DNA from: Desulfatiglandales bacterium
GTDB taxonomy: Bacteria; Desulfobacterota; DSM-4660; Desulfatiglandales; Desulfatiglandaceae
NCBI GenBank assembly: GCA_963662465.1
Contig: OY759599.1
Coordinates: forward strand, 7,936,001-8,000,000
DNA: 64,000 bases
Reading direction: 5' to 3'
Made by a program: the position numbers and the translations under genes. Below, one piece after another: positions 48,235-57,710 of this stretch. The notes beneath the pieces are model-generated. The model did not search any database and had not been told where the DNA came from. It saw only the letters and a program-made list of their open reading frames with translations. The number at the start of each line of letters is the position of its first letter. Position 1 is the stretch's first letter.

Positions 48235-49734
48235 ATGAAACCGGTTCCAAAGGGTTTACAGAAAACGGCACTGGGACTTGCCTTGCTGACCATCCTTTTT
48301 ATGCCGAGGTATGCGGTTTCCTCCGCCCCGGCCGATGAGGACTTTTCCCCATTGAACAGCGATGCCGACAACAATGCTATCGCTGAAGCGGTTCCCAAAC
48401 CTCCCGGGAACCTGGATGAGGCCGTTTCAAACCTGGCAAAACGGCTGGTTCAACAGGGGAACCTGCAGGGGCTGCCGGTTCTCATCAGCACCAACGACCT
48501 CTACGAAGCCCAAAGCCGCCTGAGCCTTCCCCTGGCCATCCAGTTGCGCTGCAAACTGATTACGGAGATGAAACAGCGGGGATGCCGGGTGTTGCTGAAC
48601 GGCGTTGATGCGGAAAGCACCATGATCCTCCAGGGAACCTGGCAGAAGCAGGGCAAAACACTGCAAATCGATCTCAAGGTCATGAAACTGGGGCCCAGCG
48701 GTCCCGAGGCGGTGGCATCGGCTTCGGAAAAGCTTCCACTTGAACAGATCGATCCATCCGCCCTGACCCCGAATCTGGAATCCTGGGCCCGGTATCTGGT
48801 GTGCAAACTGGAAGCCAACGCCATGAATCCCGCGCACCGTACCCTCCACATGGGCGACTTTAAGGTCAAGGGAAAGCGAGCAAGCCCGGAGTTGGGCAGC
48901 TATCTCGCCGGATGGATTCGGCCCGCCCTGGCGGAGAGCCGCATATTTCTTCCCCTGGACCCGCAAAAGGCCCTTCGGGGACTTTCCGTCGCCAGCCTGC
49001 GCACCCGCGGCGCCCGGGCCTTCTACCCGATTCAGACCGATCAAAACGACGCCCCCACTCTTACCGCGGATCTGCTCAAAGCGGACGGTGAAATGAAAGG
49101 GACCGCATGGCTTCACAAAACCAAGGTGGAGGTCCGGATTCGGGTCAATAACCGGCAAGGCCAACAGTTCACCGCGGCGGCAGCGGATATACCGTCCAAC
49201 CTCTTCCCCGGGTATCTTCTCAAAGCCCCGCCGGTCACATCGAAAACCCCTTCTCCTACACCGGAGCCCACCGGGGGCATTTCCAAAGATGGCTTGCAGG
49301 TGGAACTTACCACCGCCCGGGGTGAAGGACGCCCCCTCTACCGAAAAGATGAACACATCAAATTCGTGATCCGCCTCAACCGTTCCGCCTTTCTCTATCT
49401 GTTTGATCTCGACCCCAAAGGAAACGCAATTCTGCTCTATCCGGTGGGTGAAAACGGCCAATTGGCACGGGGAGGACAATGCGGCGCCATGCCGCAACCG
49501 GACACCCCCATTATTCTTCCAGAGGACGGATGTTCATACGATCTCGTGGTGGCCGAACCCTATGGGACGGACCGGGTGTGGGTGGTGGCTGCCGAATCCC
49601 CCCTGGATTTTCCGGGGGATCTGGCGGGCGATTGGTCAAAAGCAAATGAACTGGTAAGCCGCCTCAGGGGCCAGGGGCTTTCCGGCCGGGGCGGCTATGC
49701 CGAGGCCCAGGTGGAGGTGGTTACCGAGCCTTAG
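48235..49734 (+). CDS. Secreted protein with FlgO/TolB-N-like repeats and a C-terminal DUF4384-like domain
   Basis: AGGAGG RBS; signal peptide; Pro/Thr linker; Y...E.IKF.IR.N...FLYLF..DP.G...LLYP, PYGTDRV. Confidence 0.7.
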   Translation: MKPVPKGLQKTALGLALLTILFMPRYAVSSAPADEDFSPLNSDADNNAIAEAVPKPPGNLDEAVSNLAKRLVQQGNLQGLPVLISTNDLYEAQSRLSLPLAIQLRCKLITEMKQRGCRVLLNGVDAESTMILQGTWQKQGKTLQIDLKVMKLGPSGPEAVASASEKLPLEQIDPSALTPNLESWARYLVCKLEANAMNPAHRTLHMGDFKVKGKRASPELGSYLAGWIRPALAESRIFLPLDPQKALRGLSVASLRTRGARAFYPIQTDQNDAPTLTADLLKADGEMKGTAWLHKTKVEVRIRVNNRQGQQFTAAAADIPSNLFPGYLLKAPPVTSKTPSPTPEPTGGISKDGLQVELTTARGEGRPLYRKDEHIKFVIRLNRSAFLYLFDLDPKGNAILLYPVGENGQLARGGQCGAMPQPDTPIILPEDGCSYDLVVAEPYGTDRVWVVAAESPLDFPGDLAGDWSKANELVSRLRGQGLSGRGGYAEAQVEVVTEP

Positions 49735-49868
49735 CGGCTATGGTCACAAGCCGGGACAAAATGTTTGAACACGATTTAAAAGATTGTAATGATGGACAGG
49801 ATTACCATTGGCCGATAAAATGGGCATCCTTCAATTTTCAGTTTACGGTTTTTGCCCCTGTCCCTGTC

Positions 49869-49977
49869 GTAGATTGGGTTGAGCGTTTGAAATCGTTGGG
49901 TTTCCTTAGGGCGGCATCTCATGTGTTGCAGATCCATCGGGTTGAGGGTTACAAAATAGCGAAACCCAACCTTCTAC
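49869..49977. repeat. Degenerate GTAG-type REP/REPIN-like element
   Basis: GTAGATTGGGTTGAGCG, GTTGGGTTTC, GCGAAACCCAAC, terminal CTAC; lies between convergent genes. Confidence 0.5.
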
Positions 49978-50007
49978 AGAGAAGAAGACCAACGAAAGAA
50001 GTGGGTC

Positions 50008-50969
50008 TCAAATCAATCCATTTGGACCGGAAGGCACACACGTTCCCCGAACGCGGCACAACATCGCTTCAAAGGCCTCCATATCATTGCACCTGAAGGC
50101 CTGCCGGAAAAGGGACTTTAGAGCGAACAGAGAATCCATCCGCCCGATCTCCTCCGCAAGTCCACCGCGTCCACCCGGCACAAAGCCAAATTTCTCAAGC
50201 ACCAGATCCAAAAGCATCTCCCGTGCATTTTCCACGCTTCCCAGACTCTTGCCCTCCTCAATCCCTTTTTCTCTTGCAATTTCTACAATATCCAGCATTT
50301 TTAGCTCCTCCCACAGCGCAAGCAGACGTTTTTTGTCAATCATCTTGTTGGATAGAACCAGTGTGGCCGCCGTCAGTTGGGGGGATATCCTGCCGTCCCG
50401 GACCAGTTCCACCTCAAAACGGATCACCTCTTCCACAAACCGGGCACGCTCATCCCCCTTTGCCTTGCCGTACAACGGCAACACCACCAGTTCCAGCCAC
50501 TGCCTGAATGTCCCAGCCGCTACCTCCGCACGGATTTCCTCAAACCGCTTTTTACCGTCCTTTTGGCTGAAATCGAGTACCACGGGGCGATACGTCCCGC
50601 TGGTTGTTTCGAGACTGCGGGCATTTGGGTCCACTTTTCCATCACATCCGTTATCCTGGGTCCCCATTTCTTCGCCCCCCAAAGGACCCGGAGGCCAATA
50701 ATCCGTTAGGCCGCAAACCGGTACAGGTCAGACCGATTCAAATCCCGTTGTTCCTCCATATGAAACAGCGCGCCCGTCGTATCCCGTACCATCACATCCA
50801 CCCGACCTGTTTGCACACGAATGTCCACCGGCTCAAATCCAAACACGTCTTCCACCGGGGCTGTTTTGAGTCCGATGGCGTCCAGGGTTTCCCCTTTCAG
50901 TGCCTCGGCCATCCACTTCACGGTGAAATCGTAATTGTGCGGATAATCGGTCCCGTTCTTGCCTTCCAA
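50008..50969 (-). pseudogene. Rpn/YhgA-like PD-(D/E)xK nuclease (putative transposase), disrupted
   Basis: YDFTVKW, RVDV, FHMEEQR; C-terminal AREKGIEEG..G; stop at 50706 and frame change. Confidence 0.7.
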
Positions 50970-51100
50970 TGGATATCCACCTCCAGAAGTTCAGTTTCTG
51001 TTTGCACCCCCAACGGCCAGACGCCTACGCGGGGTTCAATCTCAACATCCTCCCTTCTCTACTCAGGTAGTTTTATGGAAGTTGCATGTCACTGTTTTGA

Positions 51101-51240
51101 TTACCGCTGCGTCCGAGCTAAACGTTGTGCCGCCATCTCCAAATCCACTCCACTGTACTTCAGATAACGACGCTTTTCAAAGGTTTCTTCGGCTTTAGAA
51201 AGGATCTGATTAACAAAATCAGTGCTTCATCGCTGTCAGA
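51101..51240 (-). pseudogene. Possible C-terminal remnant of a Y1/RAYT-like transposase
   Basis: SDE, frame change, STDFVNQILSKAEETFEKRRYLKYSGVDLE; nearby TGACCCC motif; assignment is from recalled similarity only. Confidence 0.35.
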
Positions 51241-51455
51241 CCTCGTTATTTCGCCTCATTCTGCGACAGAAAAAACGCATACGGCTACATTTTGTGGGGT
51301 TTACGATGAAAATACGTCCTGACCCCGGATCTCGACCCCACCTGACTATGAAGAGGCCCTAAATATAACAGCTATCTTAATTGATTCAAGAATACATCTG
51401 AGCCGGTGATCATGACTTTCTTATGATTATTGTGGCCAAATTCATAATTTTTTAC

Positions 51456-51502
51456 TTGCATTGAAAATCTTCATTGCCTAAAATGACTGGCATGTCAGTC
51501 AT
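51456..51502 (+). promoter_or_regulatory. Sigma-70 promoter overlapped by TetR operator 1
   Basis: TTGCAT-17-TAAAAT (51456-51484); palindrome ATGACTG-gcatgt-CAGTCAT (51483-51502). Confidence 0.7.
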
Positions 51503-52136
51503 AGATCAAAATCAAAATGAAGGCCGGAAAAAACAGGTACTACTGGTGGAGGCCGCCATTGAAATTTTCCATCAGAAGGGCTACCAACAGGCCAGGGTAT
51601 CGGACATCGTCGCGCGTGCCGGGGTGGCACAAGGCACTTTTTATCTCTATTTTCCTTCCAAAGAAGCCATATTTCGCCACATTTGCACTGAATTCATGCA
51701 GCGTTTCAGCCTGGCATTTCAGAAAAGCGAACATGTCTTTGACGGTTCTACACAACGAGAGATTTGGGAATCCATGTCCCGATTCATTCGGGAATTATTG
51801 ATCGTTTACCGGGAAAATGGCGAAGTGGCCGAGCTGATTTCCCGCGAAGGGATTGGGCATGGGGGACTTTTCAAGGAAATTTACGAGGACCTGTTCATAC
51901 ACTTTCACCAATTGTTGCAGGCCAGATTGAAAGACAGCATTCAGCGGGGCGTGGTTCGCCTTCAAGATCCTGAAACGACCTCCATTTTCATGATCGGCCT
52001 TTTTGAGCGCAGCATGTTTCTGTTTTCTTTGATGGGAAAAGAACCGGCGGTGGATGAACTGGCCGAGTACATGACGGCGTTTATCATGAAAGGATTGTCG
52101 TTGAACATGCCCGCCTCATTGGATGGAGGGATCTGA
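51492..52136 (+). CDS. TetR/AcrR family transcriptional regulator
   Basis: AAIEIF..KGY...VSDIV.RAGVAQGTFYLYFPSKE. Confidence 0.93.
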   Translation: MSVIDQNQNEGRKKQVLLVEAAIEIFHQKGYQQARVSDIVARAGVAQGTFYLYFPSKEAIFRHICTEFMQRFSLAFQKSEHVFDGSTQREIWESMSRFIRELLIVYRENGEVAELISREGIGHGGLFKEIYEDLFIHFHQLLQARLKDSIQRGVVRLQDPETTSIFMIGLFERSMFLFSLMGKEPAVDELAEYMTAFIMKGLSLNMPASLDGGI

Positions 52137-52163
52137 AAAAATACCATATTTTTTTGCCGCAAG

Positions 52164-52183
52164 ATGACTGACACGTCAGTCTT
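52164..52183. promoter_or_regulatory. TetR operator 2 upstream of the MMPL operon
   Basis: ATGACTG-acacgt-CAGTCTT, 17/20 identical to operator 1. Confidence 0.7.
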
Positions 52184-52253
52184 GCACGATATTCCGGGCC
52201 GTCCCCGAAAGAGTCAAAACATCACGACGTGTCTATTTATTTGGAGCATTGAA

Positions 52254-55241
52254 ATGAAGCAACAGTCTGAAAAAATAAAAAAACCCGGGTTGAGTGTCTC
52301 CGGGGTGGTGATGCCCCTGGCCAAACGGTGGCGGTGGGTGCTGGTGCTGGTCATTGGGCTGACTCTCTTTTTTGCCCGCGCAATCCCATCACTGAAAATC
52401 GAAAATGATCTCATGTACATGCTCCCCGAGGATAATCCGGCAAAGCGGCTCTTTATGGATTCCCAGGAGACATTCGGCAACAGCACGGGAATTGTTCTGG
52501 TAATAGAAACCCCCGAGGATATGTACCAGCCGGATTATTTAAATCGCATCAAATTGTTGTGCGACAGTCTGATCCAGGCCAATGTCCGTATCCTGGCGGG
52601 GCGAGTGGAGACCCTGCTTCCACTGAAAAATCCTCAATGCATGGTTTTGGCGGCCTATTTACAGTCAAAAACCGGAGATACCGACTTTACCGTGAGCGAA
52701 TTTCAAAACGCGTTGAAGGACCCGGAAGGGTTTCAGGAGACCCTGGAGGACGCCCTCCCCGATTTTATCCATGATAAGACGGGAACGGCATGTGAAGGGG
52801 CGGCCCGAACCCTCTGCGACGCAGTGACGCGTGATCCGTCAATGGCCGAACGGGTTCACCATTTGACCCAACAAACCACGGACCGGCGCGGGCACTATCG
52901 CAATTTATGGGTAGACCAGGTGGTTTCCCTGACTGAAACGGATACGGTGTGGCCGGAATTCACGGATCTCGAAGCGCTTCATGGGTTTGCGCAATCCCTC
53001 GACATTCCCGTCAACAGCGAGCTGGATTATTTTTTATCAGACATTCTGGAGGGCGGTCTTCAAGATGGATCGGCGGTCATAAACCGATTAAAGACAGGCG
53101 CTAAAGAACTGGCGCAGGCGGGAATTTCCCCCTCCTTTCAGGCCATACTGAAACAGCGGTTGAACCCGGAACAGGCAGCCGCCCTGATAAACCGGGTGCG
53201 CTCCGCGCCCAAGCAGATCCGCGTGGGAAAGCTGGTTCGATTTTCGGAAAACGGGGAGGTGACGGACCGGGACAGATACCTTCTCAAACTGCGGTTGCAT
53301 ATATGGGATTTTTTCAGGGAAGGGCTATTTTCCCAAGATGAACACAACGCGCTCATTCTGGTGAGAACGGCCCCCAATCTGGATCGGGATAACCGCGCCC
53401 TGCTCTTGAAGGATATGAAGCAGGTGTTGGGCCAGGTGTTTGACAAAACGCCCTACCACATATACCAGGCCGGAGAGCCGGTGGTGGATGAAGCGGTGGG
53501 ACAATTGATGATGGAAGATGTAAGCCGATTGCTGCCCGTGGTGATCGGCGTTGTCATGTTATTTCTCCTGATTTCCTTCAGGAACCTGCCCGGAGTGGCG
53601 TACCCGTTGCTGACGGTGCTGCTTTCTCTGTTGTGGTGTTTGGGAACCATGGCCTATGCCCATATTCCCATCTCAATCGTCTCAACGGTATTGCCCGTTC
53701 TGCTGGTGGCAGTGGGGTCCGCCTACGGCATTCATCTGATTCATTATTTCCAAAACGAACCCATGGGAGACTCCGACCGAACGGCAGCGGGGCAATCCAC
53801 CCTGAATGTGATCGGCAGTGGTGTGTTGATGGCGGGTCTCACCACGGTGGCGGGATTCGCGTCCCTGGGATTTAACCGGATCATTCCTTTACGGGATTTC
53901 GGGCTGTTCATCGGGCTGGGTGTTTTCTATGCCCTGCTCCTCTCCTTGACCCTGGTGCCGGCATTGCTCATGCGGTTCGGAATTTCAAAAAAAAGGCATT
54001 CGACCCCAACAGAAAAAAATAAACCGCATGCCTCTTTTCCCACCCGTATGTTGGAACACTCGGGCCGGGTTGCCGTCAAACGGCCCTGGACCCTGATTTT
54101 CGTCTATCTGGGGTTCATGGCCCTATCGGTGTGGGGAATGCTCAACCTGAAGGTGGAAATGAACAATATCTCGTTTTTCAAGCCCCATGCCCCCATTCGA
54201 ATGGCGGATAATTATATCAACCGGCATTTCGGCGGCACCGTGGGAATGAGCATCATTTTCTCGGGACCTTCGGATCACGGAATATTATCCTTCGAGGTCC
54301 TGAAAACCATTGAACGTCTTTCCGAGGAAATAACGCACCGACATCCGGAAGTGGGAAAAGTGATGTCCGTGGTGGATTTCATCAAGAAAATGAACCAGAC
54401 CTTCTTCTACAATGATCCCGGATTCTACCGCATCCCTGAGCTGGGGGATCTGGCGGGGGAAAAATCTCCCGAGGCGTTGAAACGGCAATACATGGCCTAC
54501 CTGGACAAATATGGAAGAACGGAAACCCGTTCCTTTATTGACGATGAAAAGCAGGAAATGGTTCTCACCGTTCAGATCAAAACCGGTTCCAGCAAAGTGG
54601 TGAGCCGGATTATTGAAGATGTGGCGGAACATTTGCAGGGCCCCCTTGGTAACCCCCTTCGGGCCGAAAAGATCAGCTGGCGCACCACGGGCATCGGGAG
54701 TCTCTACCTGGAAGCCAACGACCTCATTGTATTCGGCCAACTTCGTTCCATCATCATTTCTCTCGTGATCGTCTTCGTACTGGTGAGCCTGGTAATGAGG
54801 TCTCTCGCCTTTGGCCTTTTGTCCATTGTTCCCCTGACCGTAACGATCCTGTTCAATTTCGGGCTCATGGGACTGTTCGATTTCCCATTGGACGCCGGAA
54901 CCGCCATTACCGCATGCATCGCCATCGGCATCGGCATCGATTACGCCATTCATTATGTGAACCGCTATCGCATCTGCCGAAATAATGGATTGACCCACCA
55001 GGCCGCCTGTTTGAAAACCGCCGTGACCTCTGGCCAGGCCATCTGGATCAACGCCCTGGCGGTCACAAGCGGTTTTCTGGTGCTCCTGCTGTCATCCTTT
55101 GTACCGCTGGTAAACTTAGGCATTCTCATATCAGCGACCATGATCAGTGCGGCCCTGGGTTCCATGCTGCTCATTCCCGCGGTGCTAACCCTTCTTGAAA
55201 AAAGAAAAAAGGTCGGAACCGGCGACATGGCCGGAGACTGA
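52254..55241 (+). CDS. MMPL/RND-family transporter
   Basis: GGAG RBS; two-repeat 12-TM layout; AVGSAYGIH and GIGIDYAIH; large periplasmic loops. Confidence 0.9.
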   Translation: MKQQSEKIKKPGLSVSGVVMPLAKRWRWVLVLVIGLTLFFARAIPSLKIENDLMYMLPEDNPAKRLFMDSQETFGNSTGIVLVIETPEDMYQPDYLNRIKLLCDSLIQANVRILAGRVETLLPLKNPQCMVLAAYLQSKTGDTDFTVSEFQNALKDPEGFQETLEDALPDFIHDKTGTACEGAARTLCDAVTRDPSMAERVHHLTQQTTDRRGHYRNLWVDQVVSLTETDTVWPEFTDLEALHGFAQSLDIPVNSELDYFLSDILEGGLQDGSAVINRLKTGAKELAQAGISPSFQAILKQRLNPEQAAALINRVRSAPKQIRVGKLVRFSENGEVTDRDRYLLKLRLHIWDFFREGLFSQDEHNALILVRTAPNLDRDNRALLLKDMKQVLGQVFDKTPYHIYQAGEPVVDEAVGQLMMEDVSRLLPVVIGVVMLFLLISFRNLPGVAYPLLTVLLSLLWCLGTMAYAHIPISIVSTVLPVLLVAVGSAYGIHLIHYFQNEPMGDSDRTAAGQSTLNVIGSGVLMAGLTTVAGFASLGFNRIIPLRDFGLFIGLGVFYALLLSLTLVPALLMRFGISKKRHSTPTEKNKPHASFPTRMLEHSGRVAVKRPWTLIFVYLGFMALSVWGMLNLKVEMNNISFFKPHAPIRMADNYINRHFGGTVGMSIIFSGPSDHGILSFEVLKTIERLSEEITHRHPEVGKVMSVVDFIKKMNQTFFYNDPGFYRIPELGDLAGEKSPEALKRQYMAYLDKYGRTETRSFIDDEKQEMVLTVQIKTGSSKVVSRIIEDVAEHLQGPLGNPLRAEKISWRTTGIGSLYLEANDLIVFGQLRSIIISLVIVFVLVSLVMRSLAFGLLSIVPLTVTILFNFGLMGLFDFPLDAGTAITACIAIGIGIDYAIHYVNRYRICRNNGLTHQAACLKTAVTSGQAIWINALAVTSGFLVLLLSSFVPLVNLGILISATMISAALGSMLLIPAVLTLLEKRKKVGTGDMAGD

Positions 55242-55279
55242 TAAAATTTTAAAACCTAAACAAAGAAAGGAGAAACAGT

Positions 55280-56092
55280 ATGAAACATTTTTTAAGGATT
55301 ATCCTGTTGGCCATTATTATAGGACCCCTTAACGGGTGGTGCGCACAAATCGGCCCTTACGATAGCGCCGGAAGCGCCGAAGACGGTCGGATGATTGCCG
55401 AGGCCGCAAAGAATGTCAATCGGCCCGCCCAAGACCTCCTCATAAAGGGGGTTATGACCCTGAAATCAGGCGACAAGACGGCGGATGTTCGAAAAGTGAT
55501 CATTAAACAAAAAACCAGTGGAAATCTCATTCGCGCCATGTTTCGTTTTATGGATTCCCTCAAGCGGGGTGTGACATTTTTGACCATCGAGATCGATGGC
55601 CCGGACAATGACCAGTATCTCTACATTCCCGCCCTGGAGCGGCCCAGAAAAGTGGCCTCCAGTGATCGTCAGAATGATTTCGAAGACACGGATTTTACCA
55701 ATGAGGACCTGGGGGCGCGAAAGATCGACGACTATGACTATCAGCGTCGAAAGGACGTCAAAATGGGAGATCGCCTCTGCTACAAAGTGATCGCCCGATC
55801 CAAGGATGCCGCCGCCAGGTTTCCCAAACATATTTCATGGATCGACCAGGAAACGTTCATACCGGTTCAGGTAAAAGTCTATGGCCGAGACAACCAGCTG
55901 GAACGAGTCATGGTGGCCGGCAATATCGAGGCCGTCGGCAACATTCATATTCCCTTTAAGACCGTGTCAAAAGATCTCAAGCGAGACCATACCACCATTT
56001 TAAAGGTGGTGTCCGCCCAGGCTGACACGGGTCTGGACGTCCATGAATTCAATAAAGACCAAATGGGAGAGACATGGAAAGCGTCCTTTTAA
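55280..56092 (+). CDS. Outer-membrane lipoprotein-sorting (LolA-like) periplasmic protein
   Basis: Signal peptide; DQYLYIPAL...RKV, F..TDFT.EDL, WID.ETF.P. Confidence 0.85.
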   Translation: MKHFLRIILLAIIIGPLNGWCAQIGPYDSAGSAEDGRMIAEAAKNVNRPAQDLLIKGVMTLKSGDKTADVRKVIIKQKTSGNLIRAMFRFMDSLKRGVTFLTIEIDGPDNDQYLYIPALERPRKVASSDRQNDFEDTDFTNEDLGARKIDDYDYQRRKDVKMGDRLCYKVIARSKDAAARFPKHISWIDQETFIPVQVKVYGRDNQLERVMVAGNIEAVGNIHIPFKTVSKDLKRDHTTILKVVSAQADTGLDVHEFNKDQMGETWKASF

Positions 56093-57648
56093 ACCGGCCC
56101 ATGAAACGAGTGGCAGCGACGGAAATATTTTTCATAACCCTGCTCCTGGCGGTGATGTTTTTCATGAGCATCCCTTTTGTCATGGCCGGAGAAATCCGGA
56201 GGGATAGTGCGCCCGACGCCCCATCTCTCCAATCTTCTCCCTTACAACCCCGGCAAAAAGATGGGCTTGTAAATGGGGAAGACGAAGAAAACGAGGCGGA
56301 AACATCCGAAGATAATGCTTTTTCAGATCTCCTTGGGGAGGAGGGGGCGGCCCCCGCATCCATTGAACTGGAAGAAAGACCCTATGGCGTTTTTTTCGAA
56401 GGCGAATTGAGAAGTGCCGTCTGGTATCAGACCCACGAACCGAACCAGTGGCTCACCGCCAATCGACTGGACCTGGAAGCGGAACGTCCCTTTGGGGATC
56501 TGATGCTCGCCGCCAAATTCAGAATGGACTATGAAAACCTGGAAAACGAAAACCACGTGGAAATGGATTTCCGAGAATTGCTTGCGGATTATCGTTTCAG
56601 GCCCGAAGCAATGGCCTATCTGGATGTGTCGGTGGGCAAACGGATGATCTACTGGGGAAAAGGGGATGAAATCCGCCCCCTGGATCGAGTGTGCCCGGAA
56701 GATCTGACGGCGTTTTATTATTACGACAAAAATGACCGAAAAACCGGCATCCGAGGCCTGTTCGTGGATGCGGCGTTTCACGAAAAGCTGCGCCTGGAAG
56801 CATTCTGGTCGCCCTATTTTGAAAAATCCAGGATTCCCGGACCGGGAAGTTACTTTGAACCGGCCGCCATGAAAACATTTGTGGATGCGGGCGGAGTTCT
56901 GGGCGATGATCAATCCAACGGGTGGCAAAGCGACGCGGCGCTAGGGGGAAGACTTCTGTTTTCAGTGGCCAAAACCGATGTGGGGCTCTATGCCTATCGC
57001 GGTATCGATCCCAACCCGACCTATGGGGTCTCAAAAATTGTCACGGCGGTTCCCATCCCTTTTCCGCCCTATGTTATGCCCATAGACCCCACCCCCGTTG
57101 AAATAACCCCCTTTCATCCCAAAGTCACCATGCTGGGGTTCGACTTTGAACGGGTATTCGGCCCCACCGTTCTGAGGGGCGAAGTAGCGTACCTGCCCCA
57201 GGGATATTACACCGCCGTGAAGTGGCGGGATCAAGCGGATCTTCTCTATCAATATCCCAGCGGCCTCAAGGAAACCCGCCCCTTCCAGTATCTGGTGGGC
57301 ATTGACAAAAATGATCTCTTTGTTCACAATCTCTTTCTGAATATCCAGTATGTAGGGGCCTTTATTTCCGATTATGACAATAATCTGGATGCGAATCAAT
57401 TCACCCACGGCATGACCTGCACCGTCCGGTATTCATTCATGGACTCACGCTTTCAAACCCGATGGCGACTTTTTGGAAACCTGACGGACGGGGATTATCG
57501 GAACCTGCTGGAGTTTTCCTATAAGCCCGTCAATTGGGCCATGATATCGGTGGGAGGCATCTGGTACGGCGGAGGAGATAAAACGGATTCCTTTGGACAA
57601 TATGACAACAATGATTTTATTTATACACAGTTGAAAATAATTTTTTAG
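56074..57648 (+). CDS. DUF1302-like outer-membrane beta-barrel protein
   Basis: Signal peptide; GK..I.WG..D, amphipathic strands, FGQYD.NDF, terminal Phe. Confidence 0.75.
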   Translation: MESVLLNRPMKRVAATEIFFITLLLAVMFFMSIPFVMAGEIRRDSAPDAPSLQSSPLQPRQKDGLVNGEDEENEAETSEDNAFSDLLGEEGAAPASIELEERPYGVFFEGELRSAVWYQTHEPNQWLTANRLDLEAERPFGDLMLAAKFRMDYENLENENHVEMDFRELLADYRFRPEAMAYLDVSVGKRMIYWGKGDEIRPLDRVCPEDLTAFYYYDKNDRKTGIRGLFVDAAFHEKLRLEAFWSPYFEKSRIPGPGSYFEPAAMKTFVDAGGVLGDDQSNGWQSDAALGGRLLFSVAKTDVGLYAYRGIDPNPTYGVSKIVTAVPIPFPPYVMPIDPTPVEITPFHPKVTMLGFDFERVFGPTVLRGEVAYLPQGYYTAVKWRDQADLLYQYPSGLKETRPFQYLVGIDKNDLFVHNLFLNIQYVGAFISDYDNNLDANQFTHGMTCTVRYSFMDSRFQTRWRLFGNLTDGDYRNLLEFSYKPVNWAMISVGGIWYGGGDKTDSFGQYDNNDFIYTQLKIIF

Positions 57649-57710
57649 CACGTCCATTTTAATATTGTTGGTGAGTCATTGCGCGAATCCAGACCGTTGG
57701 ACCAAATCCA

